Shown here one piece after another: positions 34,242 to 47,100 of a DNA stretch of 64,000 nucleotides. The translations under genes and the position numbers were made by a program. The stretch lies in assembly GCA_029953675.1 (NCBI GenBank), contig JAMWBK010000001.1, forward strand, positions 1,364,001 through 1,428,000, written 5' to 3'. The notes under the pieces were generated by a model. It had not been told where the DNA came from. It ran no database searches and was given only the letters and a program-made list of their open reading frames with translations. The stretch is from Rhodosorus marinus CCMP1338 (taxonomy: Eukaryota > Plantae > Rhodophyta). Every line of letters starts with the position of its first letter. The first letter of the stretch is position 1.

Positions 34242-36248
34242 CCAGTTCCGCTCCGCCGCAATTATCTACTTAGGTTTGCCGCAAGCCGAGTGGGGTCGTC
34301 TTTCTGTCAGGGATGTGAGAGCCGGATTGACGCTTGTGGCTACCACTTCTTGGGTTCATGCGGACTGTTGCAAGGTCTCCGCACTAGGCGCCACACTCGT
34401 CTCAAGTACATCCTAAGCGAATGTTTAACTCGGGTTGGGCATACGGTTGTGGTGGAATCGGAACTACCCACATCGGTCTCGGACACGGCGCCGCCCCGCT
34501 ATATCGAAGATCTTCTTGTATCAGACCCTGCCGCCCGACGCTCAGCATATGTTGACCTCGCGATTACATGCCCTATGGCGAGCGCCCATCTCACGGCTGC
34601 CGCCCGCCGCCGAGGGGCAGCCGCTTCGGCTATTCGACGAGTGAAGGAACGACGGTGTACTGAGAGCATGGCCAGTCTGCCCTACGCCGAGGGTTGCTCC
34701 CACCGGTTCCAGCCTTTCATTGTGGAAAGCTTTGGTCATGTGAATAAGTCGGGTTTAGAGTGGTTGCGGAAATGTTTCGCTGAGCACACTACTGAGTACT
34801 TAGTGCTTTTACGGCGTTTGAGTGCCGCCCTGTGGCGATATTCTAGCAGCATGCTTGCCGAGGCGCGCCATCGGCGCCTGGGTTTGCACACTTCCCTCCC
34901 TAGTTCTTAGTTCCTTTGCACGCCTTGCGTAGCGCTCGCTGAGCATCCTACTGAGTACTTGGTGCTTTTACGGTGTTTGAGTGCCGCCCTGTGGCGATAT
35001 TCTAGCAGCATTCTTGCCGAGGCGCGCCATCGGCGCCTGGGTTTGCACGATTCCCTCCCTAGTTGTTAGTTCCTTTTCACACCTTGCGTAGCGCTTCAGG
35101 CTATGCTAGTAAAGCCCGAATTTATGATGGTCTTCAACACGCGTTCAGGAGGTGCAACGCCGTGCCGGACGCAAAGAGGTCCCGCTTTCGTTCCTGGAGG
35201 GAGCTGTTATGGGGACGAGCTGAAGCGATTGAGAATTCTCCCCTCGACCGAGTTCTTGCCGATGACGGAGAGGCTAGCCCCGGGTCACCTGTTGCAGACT
35301 ACCCGGGTTTGAGCCGATTGTGGAGCTCCCGCACTGATGTGATTCAACATAGCCTCACCTGGGGCCAACACAGTGCCGCTCACACAGTCATGCTCAATTC
35401 TCCTCTCACGCCGCCTACCACTGCCGCTCGTCTCCGCGGCATGGGAGGCCACCTCTCGCACTTGTGGTTAACCATTCTACCGTCGTCATTGAGTCATCGT
35501 CTCGATGCTTTCCAGTTCCGTTCTGCCGCACGGATCTATCTCGGTTTGCCACAGGCTCCGTGGCACTCTAATCGGCCGTCTTTCTGTCAGGGATGTGAGA
35601 GCCGGATTGACGCTTGTGGCTACCACTTCCTGGGTTCCTACGGACTGTTGAGAGGTCTCCGTACGAGGCGTCACACTCGCCTCAAGTACATCCTCAGCGA
35701 ATTTTTGACTCGGATAGGGCATACGGTTCAGGTTGAGTCGGAACTGCGCAGATCAATCTCGGACTCTGCACCGCCCCGTTGTATGGCCGATCTCCTCGTG
35801 CTGCCAGACGCTCAACATATGTGGACCTTGCGATTACCTGCCCCGTGGCCAGCGCCCACCTCACCGCAGCCGCCCGCCGCCGGGGCGCCGCGGCTTCAGC
35901 CCTTCGAAGAGTTAAGGAACGACGGTATGCTGAGAGCATGGCCAGTCTGCCTTGCGCTGAGGGTCGCTCTCACCGGTTGCAGCCATTCATAGTGGAAAGC
36001 TTTGGTCACATGGATAAGTCGGGTTTAGAGTGGTTGCGGAAATGTTTTGCTGAGCATCCTACTGAATATTTGGCGCTCTTGAGGCGTTTAAGTGTCTCCC
36101 TTTGGCGATATTCCAGCCACATGCTTTCCGAGGCGCGCCATCGGCGCCTGGGGTTGCATGCTTCCCTCCCTAGTTATCAGTTCATCTTCACGCCTTGCGT
36201 AGCGCTTCAGGCTATGCTAGTAAAGTCCAGTAAAGCCCAGTAAAGCCA
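34242..36248 (+). mobile_element. Nested family A cluster: A2 fragment, duplicated A2 tail, and an A1 1.1-kb copy (35119-36228) inserted in that tail
   Basis: Outer TSD AGAAGAGCATCT (34230-34241, 36249-36260). Inner TSD AGTAAAGCCC (35108-35117, 36229-36238). Confidence 0.88.
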
Positions 36249-36329
36249 AGAAGAGCATCTGAAGCTTGTGCAACTTCAAACAAAAAAACTGTAGGGGTTA
36301 CAAACACACCTGCCTGCTACACTTTTTCC

Positions 36330-36560
36330 ACTTTTCACCGTTTATACAATTTATACAATTTATACAATCTATACAATCTATACAATCTGTGTACAATTCG
36401 TACAATTGTATAATTTGTATAATTTGTACAATTTTCAAGATTTTCAAGATGTTCAAGATTTCACGTTTTATTGTACAATTTGTACACTTTTCAGAAGTTT
36501 CACAACTTTCACAACTTCACAATTTCTACAATGTTTACAATGCTTAGATCGTTTACACTT
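36330..36560. repeat. Degenerate ~9-nt low-complexity repeat (TATACAATT-like)
   Basis: tttatacaatttatacaatttatacaatctatacaatc... Confidence 0.85.
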
Positions 36561-36699
36561 TATGTGCTAGACTCGGTTTTTTATGCGTTACCTCCGCAAG
36601 TGGGAGTGCGGCACCGTAACCATTCATTCAGTAAAAAAGAAAGTTAGTCTAGAATGTGAGAAACTTGTTCAAAACATGGTGGCGATGTGGTTAATGGAC

Positions 36700-37430
36700 C
36701 GAAGTCCGTTGGGAGCGGCTAGACGGAATCGATTACTTATCTAAGGATCGGCGATCGATTACGTAGCATTGAACGCGATTTCGAGTGTGTTATGGAGCGG
36801 CACCGGCCGATGTGGACACACCAATCGTGCGTGAGTCGATTTCTGGCTCGACATCTGAAGCACGCCGCATCGCCTCTATATTGTTTGGACCGTTCAAGAC
36901 GTTATCCGTTTTCCAACGTTGTTCAAGAGTAACCAAATTCGGTCATTCAAAGTTCGAGTTGGAACACTTCGGTCCACTAGCAGTTGGGAGCGGCTAGGTG
37001 GAAGGGGTTACTTAACATTGAACGTGATTTCCAGTGTGCTAAGGATCGGCGATCGATTAAGTAGCAAAGAGCGCGATTTCGAGTGTGTTCAGGGGCGGCA
37101 CCGGCCGAAGTGGACACACCAATCGTGCGTTAGTCGATTTCTGGCTCGACATCGAAGCACGCCACATCGTCTCTATTTTATTTCGACCGTTCAAGAGGTT
37201 ATCAATTTTCCAGCATTGTTCAAGAGGAACCAAATTCGTTCATTCAAAGTTCGAGCTAGAAATCCCCTGCACAACAATCGGCCTGTAGATGGTAAAAAAT
37301 AGGCGGAACGCATTCGATTACGTACCATTGAGCACGATTTCCAGCGTGCTAAGGAGCGGCACCGGCCGATGTGGACACACAAATCGTGCGTGAGTCGATT
37401 TCTGGCTCAACATCGAAGCACGCTTGGTCA
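36700..37430. repeat. Imperfect ~300-bp tandem repeat (about 2.5 units)
   Basis: aaggatcggcgatcgatta at 36743 and 37041. gcggcaccggccga.gtggacacac at ~36797, ~37095 and ~37356. Confidence 0.85.
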
Positions 37431-37725
37431 ATATTGTTTTTTTTGGTTGGGGGGACGAGACCGGAGAAAACATTCTAAAACCCACGGTTCCACAGTGCCT
37501 AACTCTGACCCACCGATCCAAACTGTTTCACTCTGTGTAAATCTTGAGCACGGTATGTAGTAACCGTTCTAGTTCTGTAGCTGGAGAGTACAAGTGTCAA
37601 GAGATGGCGAGCATAAGTGCGAGGGATTGGGGGATTGGAGAAAGCCCAGCTTCATTCTTGGATCTTGCAAAGTTGGGAGGCTTGGAGCACGGAGTTGTGG
37701 TACTGAAATTCGGACACTGGGCAGC

Positions 37726-38382
37726 ATGAAATGCGTTTATTCTCTTGTTGTGGTTCTGGTTAGCTTGAGCTGTACTGTGGATGTGGTTCATTCAATTCCG
37801 ACGCCTGATGAGGTGCCCTGTGACCCAGGGTTTTGCTTGGAGATGGCGCCTGATGGTTTGCCTGAGATTCCCACCGTAGGCGGTGGCGGTGGTTCTCTGG
37901 TGGTCCTTAACGATCCACACACCGGAGATGATGAACATCAAGATGAACAAGAGTGGAACTGTATTCCACTTAGTGAGGTCTCTTGCCACCGGAGCCAGGC
38001 CGCGACTAATTCTCGTGGAGAATGCGCTTGCGTTCCTATTCCTACTCCTACCCCCAAACCTAGGAGTAGTCCCAAACCTACCCCGGTGCCCTGCCGCATT
38101 GTTGAAGTAGATTGCATGAAGACAGTCACGTCGGCGGAGCTGTGTGATACCAAACTAGTTGCCTGCGGAATGCAGACCGTAACAAACGCTGCTCAGTGCG
38201 GGTTCAAGACGAGTTGCAATACGGTTAGAATTTTGTGCGGTTTCAGAGGATTTAGGCCGACGTTCTGCAACCATAACTACAATTGCCGAGCGGTTGCGAG
38301 AACTTGTACCGTGCCTAAGACATGTGTGGTCCCCAAGACGTGCGACGTACTAGCAAAATGCGAGGAGGAACAATGCCCGTAG
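37726..38382 (+). CDS. Secreted Cys-rich protein with PT-rich linker
   Basis: ATG at 37726 followed by signal peptide MKCVYSLVVVLVSLSC. PTPTPKP linker; C-terminal repeats TVTSAELC/TVTNAAQC and (V/T)PKTC. Confidence 0.75.
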   Translation: MKCVYSLVVVLVSLSCTVDVVHSIPTPDEVPCDPGFCLEMAPDGLPEIPTVGGGGGSLVVLNDPHTGDDEHQDEQEWNCIPLSEVSCHRSQAATNSRGECACVPIPTPTPKPRSSPKPTPVPCRIVEVDCMKTVTSAELCDTKLVACGMQTVTNAAQCGFKTSCNTVRILCGFRGFRPTFCNHNYNCRAVARTCTVPKTCVVPKTCDVLAKCEEEQCP

Positions 38383-39664
38383 ATCGCTTGAGTTGGGCCA
38401 AACTGTAAGCCTCTAATAACGTAAACCAAGGTTCAATACAATCTATCCCCTCTTTGAAAACGAAAAGCTTGGTGTTAAAGCTGATGATGTTTGGCCCCTA
38501 TTAGCATAGTCGTAACCGACCGATAAAAGTTCTCTATTGGAGAATAATAAGACTCAATAAAATGTTGAAACCCAGGGTGTGCCAGATTGAAAAAGTTTTA
38601 GACAATATGTCTCACTGAGGGTCCGATAATCGGTCCGCTGGTCCGATGAATGATCCGACTCGCGGATCTACAGTGGCCTTTACTGATTGTGAAATTTTCC
38701 CCCTGAGTTTGTAGATCTCTCCGTGAGGATGCCTCTGAGGGCCACCGCTCGCCATCCTCGGCTTCAGGTAGTCCACCCGATGGGTGCTCAGTAAGGATTG
38801 GGATCTCCTCTCCCAAAATGTCCACAACTGCCTCCTCAGAGTGGTCACCGTGATCACCGCCAGTCTCCGAGGGCTGAGGCTCAGCGAGAGCCCGGGGGCC
38901 ACTAGGAACTCGCACGCTGTCCGGCGAAACCATCTCTTAGCTGCACAGACCGAGGGGTTATCGAAACATATTATGATGACATGAGATTTTGCTGGAAGCT
39001 ACGTAAGAAGAAGCGTCGTACGGTGCTGATGTCATTGTTGGTCTTACGCGTGAAGCCGGAGTACGGTGATGCTTACCGATACATCCGTAGCGGATGCGCC
39101 GTCTGAACCGAAGTTCATTTTGGAAACGGCGGAGGGCATTGGGCTAGTTGATGTTGAGAAAATGATTTGCTAGCATGTCAGGGGAGGAGGGGTGCCAACT
39201 CTGTGGAACAGGAGGGCGTTGAAGAAGACCAAGAAGAACGTACTAAGAAGTAACCCCAGGCAAGACAGAGGTCAAATATGACCGGAAGAGCAAGTGCCCA
39301 ATATAGACTCGTAGATTCATAAACGTAGGAAGGGTTGTCGAAAATTTGCCATCCGAAGTGATGAGCTGGTCTGGCGAAAGGGCCAAAAGGATCGGGTATC
39401 GCATTGTTGATGAGGTCGTGGGCGGTAAATGAGTAATTCCACCAGCTGGTTCCCTCGGAAAGTTGTAATAGTCTCCGAGACTGGCGGTGATCACGGGGTT
39501 ACCACCCATATTCCCCACCTCGGGATGGCCGATTCATTTCCTGCTCACACCCGAGAAATGCCATCCGGGGGAGGGGGGGAGGGGAGGACGGGGTTGTGGA
39601 AAGTTTCATATTCCCAGCGAGCATTGAAAAAATGAGAAACATTGCCCATTCCTATTGCCCGGCC

Positions 39665-40540
39665 TTGCACCGTGCTGCCTACGGCCGACCTCTCGCGCAG
39701 ATGGTCTCATCTTCCCGAGATCGCGGCCGCCTGCGTAAACTTGGAGGGTGTATCAGCTCACAGTGGCCCATGAGCATCTCCTGTATTCCGCCATTCACAC
39801 TGAAACTTTTCGAAGTGCGCACTTCTCTACGTTTATACCTCGGTTTGCTTCAGCCGCCCTGGCCTTCCGAGATGGGTTCGCCGTGCCCTCTATGCTCTCA
39901 GAACGAAGGTAGCGCGGATTTTGGCGCCCACCTGCTCGCCAGCTGCTCCGCTGTGAAAGGCGCCCGAACTCGACGGTAGACGTGGATCTTGAACCTGTTA
40001 TACCGCGAACTTCGACCTATAGTACAGCAAGCCGGTCTTGAAATTGACCATGAGAAGCCCCTGCCTGTCGCAGACTACCAAAATGATGAACGCCGCGTCA
40101 CTGAGCTCGTGGTCACATGTAGCGATAGCCGTCGTACGACGTACGTTGATCTTGCCGTTCCCAATCCTCATGCTGGTCGCTATTTGCCGTCTTCGGGAGA
40201 GCGCCGTGGGTTTTCGCTGACAATATGAGACGTCGCAAGACGATGAAATATACTCGGGGGCCTTGTCTTCCCCAGGCATTGGTGCTTCGGCTCTAGCTCA
40301 TCGCCTGGTACTTCTGGTCATTGGTTGCTTTGGTTTTATTGATTCCGTTGGTTCTCGTTGGCTTCGGGCATTGTTCCGCGAACGTCCTGACCGTCTATCC
40401 TCGTTGCTTACCCGCTTAAGTTTCTTGGTGTGGCATACGAACGCTGCTTTGATGTTGGGGGCGCGCGATCTTCGCCACGCTTAGTCTTTTTTTCCCCTCG
40501 GGGGTTTTTTCTTTCAGCCTCTGATTAAACCAATTCGTTC
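39665..40540 (+). mobile_element. Family B degenerate 3' fragment
   Basis: LHRAAYGR..AQMVSSSR..CPLCSQ..DFGAHLLASC..ARTRR. 11-bp TSD ATTGCCCGGCC at 39654-39664 and 40541-40551. Confidence 0.9.
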
Positions 40541-40779
40541 ATTGCCCGGCCGGCCTGGGGGTGGCCAGTTCATTCGCCGAACAACTAACTCGACAAAGAC
40601 TGAACGAAAATTTTAATCGGAAACAAACCTATGTATATTGATTGATGGTAGACGATTGCCGAGATATTGACTGTTTTGATACATACCCCATACACCTTGA
40701 AGATTTGTCAGATTTTAACTTTAACTACCATTTATTACCTGTCCAAACTCGGTCAGATTCGCTTTGCAAGAATGAACGG

Positions 40780-41225
40780 AGGCCGAAAGAAAAAACTCCG
40801 AGGGAAAAACAGACTAAGCGCGGCGAAGATCGCGCGCCTCCGACATCAAAGCAGCGTACATACGCCACAGCAAGAGGCTTAAACGGGTAAACAACGAGGA
40901 TAGACGGTCAGGACGTTCGCGGAACAATTCCCGAAGCCAACGAAAACCAACGGAATCCATAAACCCAAAGCACTCAATGACCAGAGGTACCAGGCGATGA
41001 GCTAGAGCCGAAGCACCAATGCCTGGGGAAGACAAGGCCCCCGTATATTTCAACTCTTTGCGACTTCTCATATTGTCAGCGGAAAATCCACGGCGCTCTC
41101 CCGCAGACGGCATATAGCGACCAGCCTGAGGAGTAGGAACAGAAAAGATCAACGTACGTCGTACGGCGGCTATCGTCACATGTGACCACGAGGTCAGTGA
41201 CGCGGCGTTCATCATTCTGGTAGTC
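40780..41225 (-). mobile_element. Family B 3' fragment
   Basis: ORF 40814-41245 ends RKELKYTGALSSPGIGASALAHRL...EARDLRRA. Confidence 0.88.
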
Positions 41226-41939
41226 ACACACAGGGTTGGCTCCAAGACCCAACCACGGCCGCTGGTTGGGTAACAGCTTGGCTACAGATGCCTAGGCCGC
41301 CTAGACGTAGGGGTAGGACCACTTGGGCGCGAACGATATCACCTGTGGGGCGTGGAAAATGACCGAACTCATCATCTAAGAAACACCCCAGCTCACCAAA
41401 GCTCTCGTCGTCGGCACGGGTTGCCAGCCACCGGACCCAGTGAGTCGGGAGCGAGCGGAACCCATAGGTGAGCCGCTCACTGTAACAATATCGATAAAGC
41501 TGGCTTTATCGATATCGATAAAGCAACAACGAGCATTGCAAGAAGCCGCGGGGCAGCCGATGGAGCTGCGAGACCAGCTGCTGGTGCTTACTCGGAATCT
41601 GCTACAACTCACCCTCCACGGACGACGCGGACCCATGGGGATGCCCAGGTTGGCAAAACCTGCCCGACGACAAATATCCTAGAAACGTGCAGGGACCTGC
41701 TGCTCTTGAATATCCGCTCCTCCCCAGTAGAGAACGACTTCGCATGATTGACTTCGAGATCTACGAGGGATGCCAGTGTGCGGAGACGATCTTACGCCGC
41801 CACGAGGGTATCTGGAGGCCCAATGAGGCAGACATCATTGTGGTAACCCACTGCGCGGACCTCCGGTAACTCTGAACGTATTTAAGCAAAAACATTTGCA
41901 AGTAGTACAGAATTTTAACTACTATTTATTATCTGTATC

Positions 41940-42392
41940 GAACGAATGGTTTAATCGGAGGCTGAAAAAAAAAACCCCGAGGGGAAAAAAAGACTAAGCG
42001 CGGCGAAGTACTCGCGCCTCCAACATCAAAGCGGCATTCATGCGCCACAGCAGGAAACTTAAGCGGGTAAACAACGATTGAAGACGGTCAGGGCGTTCGC
42101 GGAACAACTCCCGAAGCCAGCGAGAACCAACAGAGTCCATGAACCCAAAGCACTCAATGATCAGGGGTACCAAGCGATGTGCTAGTGCCGAAGCACGAAC
42201 ACCAGGGGAAGACAAAGCCCCCGCGTATGTGATCTCTTTGCGGCGTCTCATGCTGGCGGCGGCAGATCCACGGCGCTCCCCCGCAGCCGGGAGATAACGA
42301 CTAGCTTGAGGGTTAGGAACAGCAAGATCAACGTATGTGGTACGGCGGCTGTCGTCACAGGTGATCACCAGGTCGGCTACACGGCGTTCATC
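41940..42392 (-). mobile_element. Family B 3' fragment (young)
   Basis: Near identical to 27509-27989. 9-bp TSD ATCTGTATC at 41931-41939 and 42393-42401. Confidence 0.93.
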
Positions 42393-44151
42393 ATCTGTAT
42401 CAACGCCGTTTTTGATATAAAATAATCATTGTTTTCTGTATCGGTGCTTAAATTCGCTACCTCGATTCCAGCCTCAGATGCTGGGTGTTTTGTTTTCCAA
42501 CTAATTACTTAGCAATTGGTGATTTGCGGTGTTCGCTGGTAATTTCATATCTCTCTGTGCGGCAAGCTCGCAAATACGCATCTGTTCAGGGTTGTGTCTT
42601 GCACCAAGAAATATACGTTTATTTCTATATTTTAGATCTGTCGCCAGAGTGTTATCCAATATTCATTGGCTCTGCAATCCTCATTGGCTCAATGTACAGG
42701 GTGGAACGTGAGTGCCTAGTTCAAGTGTAGTGCTTGAGGCATTGTTTTGTAAACCCAGGAATGAATGCGCATTACTTACTCGCAGTGTAAAGCAAACTAG
42801 AGACAAACCTTTCTTGACCAATTCTCTACACGCTGCAGGGAATTGTAAGTATATGTCTCGAAACCCGAGTCAAACAATGTGTGAGTAACAAGCACAAACA
42901 GCTGGTAGCGCAGCCAGATCGTTGGTATAGCATTGAGAAATCTGTGCCGGTTGAGAAATCTGTTCCGGTCCCAACAAGGACATGCAAGACATGCAAATTA
43001 AACTTTGCAAAAGAGACCGCGTATTTGTTTACTGGGATGGTACCACCCTCGCGGTGGGTGTCCTACGAAAGGGAAGGGAGTCGCAAGTGTGTGACATAAT
43101 AGGGTACACTAATCCGGTTAGGTGTTTTGGGCGCTACGTATATTGAGAGATCTTTTCGTTCCATAATCACATGGAAAGGAGAGCAGTCGACGCGGTGATA
43201 TCCATTCTCCAAAGTAAAATTGTAGGTGTATGTCTCGGAAATGGACGGAGTTTTTCAAAATTCTGGCATCGTCATATCCAGCTCAAAACTCGGGTCATAC
43301 AATTGACTGAATGAATTTGAGCACACGCAAAACTATAATAGCATTAGTAAAATCACCAAAATAATAGGCTAAGGAGACCGCATATTTGCTTACCCGAAAA
43401 CTAACAACCCGCGGGGGTGTCGTGTCCTGCGGGAGGGAAAGGAGTCACAAGTGTGTGACACATACCCCAATACCGAAAAAAAGCATTTTGTGTGTCGGGT
43501 GCTAAGCATATTGAGAACTCTGTTTTGGCTCGAGCAAGGATACGCAGAAAAACCAAGCTAAGCATATCGCCTATTGGGTGCATCCTGAACCCATTAGGGA
43601 ATTCTTAACGCATAGATAGACTCTTTGTTGCCAAACCCAGTTGGGCTAAGGAGGTATCCGGTCTCCCCGTGAGAGATTCTCATCGAATGTCCGGGGTTTC
43701 CTCTACTGTGTCCATAGCTCGGGGTGCTGAAATTTCAAAGCGAGGTGTTTTGAACTTTTCTTCTTTTTTTTTTTCGTGACCTCATGGATGTGAAGGGTGA
43801 AGTAGTTGGTCGATACACTGGTATTGGTTCATTCTCTAAATGGTTTCCAAGCGTTCGCCTGTTCCGCTCCGCATACTTTGTTTCCAAAGAGGTCAAGAGC
43901 ATGCACAGAATTTCGCTAGAGGAGTGTTGGTCTGGAATTGGAAAACCACCGCCACCAGTGTTGTATCAGTCAGACTGGATGACTACTTGATAGATTGGCC
44001 AGGTGAGTACTTAAGACCACCACTTGGGCACGCGATGACTGCGAAAACGTTTCTGAGGGATTGGGTGAGTGGGTTTGAGTCTCGTAATCGAAGATCTGAA
44101 ACAGGACGTTCTCCATGCTTGATCAGCCGCGTAGAGGGAGGACAAGGAGGG

Positions 44152-47100
44152 ATGGGGAAGATTGTCCGGTTTTGGGCTGCCTTGGCCATTCTGGCTGGAC
44201 TCACTCGCGGTTTAGTTTTTGATGCTGAGGACTTGGTTTCTACGGTTGCGGTGGAAGGAGATTTCCAGTCTATCCTGGACTTGGACTGGATACCCGGGGA
44301 TGTGTCGCGGCTCGTATTGTGCGAGAAGCGTGGATTGGTGTGGTTGGTCATCGACGGGGCGCTTCAATCCAAGCCGCTCCTAGATATCTCAGATGAAATC
44401 GTAAACTTTGGGGCGAGGGGTTTAACGGCGTGCATGGTGGACGTCGACTTTGAAAACCACCCATACTTTTACGTGTCCTACGTCGACAACAGGCTAGCAA
44501 AGACAGATTTTCGCACCGGAACTAAAGGCGCCATTATAGCCAAGTACGAGGTGAATAGTGACTTGTCTGAGGCAGTCAACCCGGTTATTCTTATGGGCTC
44601 ACAAGCTCCTCCAGCGTCTGGCTGCAGTGATCCACATATTGCCAAGCGGGACAATATCTGCCTGGAAGATAGGAGCCACAACATGGGGGGTCTTGTGATG
44701 AGCCCCGACGGCAGGATTTTTGTTGGAATTGGTGATGCAGCCAGCGTCTCACAGTTTACAGAACTGCAGATCCGAGCTCAGAACCTAGATTATAAGACTG
44801 GTAAGGTCCACTGCATCACCAGAACGGGCGTGGCGTGTGCGGACAATCCCTTCATTAGGAACGGTAACCGGACTACGAACAGAGCCACTGTGTGGAATTT
44901 CGGAGTTCGCAACCCTTTCAGAATGGGTTGGGACCCAGTGCTCCAAATACCACTAATCGCGAATGTGGGCATGGCAGCCTGGGAGAGCATCTGGCCGGGT
45001 TATCCGGGTTTCAATTATGCATGGCCCTGTAGAGAAGCTCAGCGCACCAATCTAAAAGCAACTTCGTACGAGATTTGCGAGCAGATGAAGCGGGGCGATA
45101 TTGAAGTAGATTCAGATCGCAGCCTCTGGGACTACAGTCACGAATTGGGAGCGGCGGCTACTGGTGTGGTTCGCTTACACTCAGATAAATGGCCCGCCCA
45201 GCTGAGGAACAAGATTGCAGTAGCTGACTATACAAACAGTTGGGTCAAATTAATCGAGGTCGATAAGAATGGCCTCATCGGATCCCACGTAGACTTTATA
45301 TCCGAGGCTGGTGGCCCTGTTCAGCTGAAAGAGGGCCCAGACGGTTGGCTTTACATGGTATCAATCCTTACGCAACAGGTGATCCGGATAGAGTATAGGG
45401 TGAATACAAGCAGACCAGAGGTTGTAAGGGTAGATCCACCCCCGAGTTTTAGGAAGTCAGAGCTCACGTCGGAGATTTCGGTGAAATTTTCGAAGAATAT
45501 TGACTTCTCCACCGTAAGAAAAGAGTCAATGAGGATAGTCAAGACTTCGACGTTGACGAGGGTCCCTGTGGAATATTCTTGGAGACGCGCTACAAACACG
45601 GTGACTGCACGTCCCCTGGAAATTCTAGAGAGTAATATGCGGTACAAGCTTACTGTGACAACGGAGATCACCGACACTGCTGGTCGAAAGCTGCAGAGCG
45701 ATTTTACATCCTTTTTCCGAACTGGCACTGGCTTTGCCCTGCAAGTTTCAGGACTAGAATGGATATCGTCTACCAATGGAAACTCCGAGTATAGAGTTTT
45801 CAGAGACAAACAATTCCCTACTTTTGCTATTGATGTGCCACCGCTTAGGATTCGAGGTACAATATTCGAAGACGGAATTGCCATGATCGCATCCGGCAGC
45901 GTAGAGGTTGAGGTACCGAGGGGTTGCACTAGACTGCAAACATATGCTGGCGTCGACGATGTTGTTCAGCTGTTCGACTCCCCAGGTATCTTCTTCTTCG
46001 TTAGGAAGAGAACCAGCAACGGTGTCAGGACTCTGCACCGAAATGACCTTCCGGTGCTTAGGACGGATCGACCACTCTTCATTGATGTGGATGTCACCGG
46101 TGCTAATAGCGTGATTCTGGAGACGGTAAAGCCCAACGCCACTACCAGAAACAACGCGATTGCGACCTGGGGCTCACCAAAGTTCCGATGCGGAGGATAC
46201 GACGACGACAAAGCTAGCGTAGCGAGCATAATGCCAACCGGCGTCATCGGAATACGCGCTTCAGTCACCGTCAACTTTTCAGAGTCCATGGACATAGCGT
46301 CGACCACCGCTGCGACCCAGATGCTTCTCCCTATCGCTTTGGGAGGCTATATCATTGGCTTCAAAACGGAATTCAGTCGAGATCAGAAAACGATGATTCT
46401 GACTCCAAACCAGCCACTAGATTATGATACTGAGTATACGCTAACGGTCAAGGAGACGGCAATGGACCTCGCGGGCAACGGCCTAAAAAATACGGTCGTG
46501 CGAACTTTTAAGACCGAGGCTGTTGATCTCTCTGGTGACGTGTTTCAGCTTGTGGATGTGAAGACGCAAGCCATCAGAAATCCTCAGAACGTGGTGATCT
46601 GGCGGGAAGGTCATGAAATGAGGATAGAAGCTGGCACCGATGTTGACTACCTAGTCCCTGGAAAGTGTGGATTGTTGAACCTCTCTGTGACGTCCAAGTG
46701 GGGCCCTGTCTGGGTTTCCGTTCGAGATTCAGCTGGAGATCGTATTTGTGGAACCGGTCGCATCCCTGAGAACAAGAGCGTGGACCTCTCTTGCGATATC
46801 TCAGCGCAGGCTTGGATAAGGCTCGTGATTCGGGGGTCTGGTAGAGCGCACATCTACAGATCCACCATCGACTGCAGGTCGGGCTCGCTGAACCCGCGAT
46901 GTGAGTTTGGAGACGAAATTCCGAATGAGTTCAGGATCGGGGATGTCGTGAGATTCAGCGCCAAATGCTACGACTACAAGGGTGCTTTGATCAATAGGCG
47001 TGCGCTCTTTTGGATTGTTTCCCTTATTCACTGTCAGACTATATGCCACAGGCATGAGGAATTGACTGAAGAGGGAGTTTCTGGGGGGATTTATGAGGTG

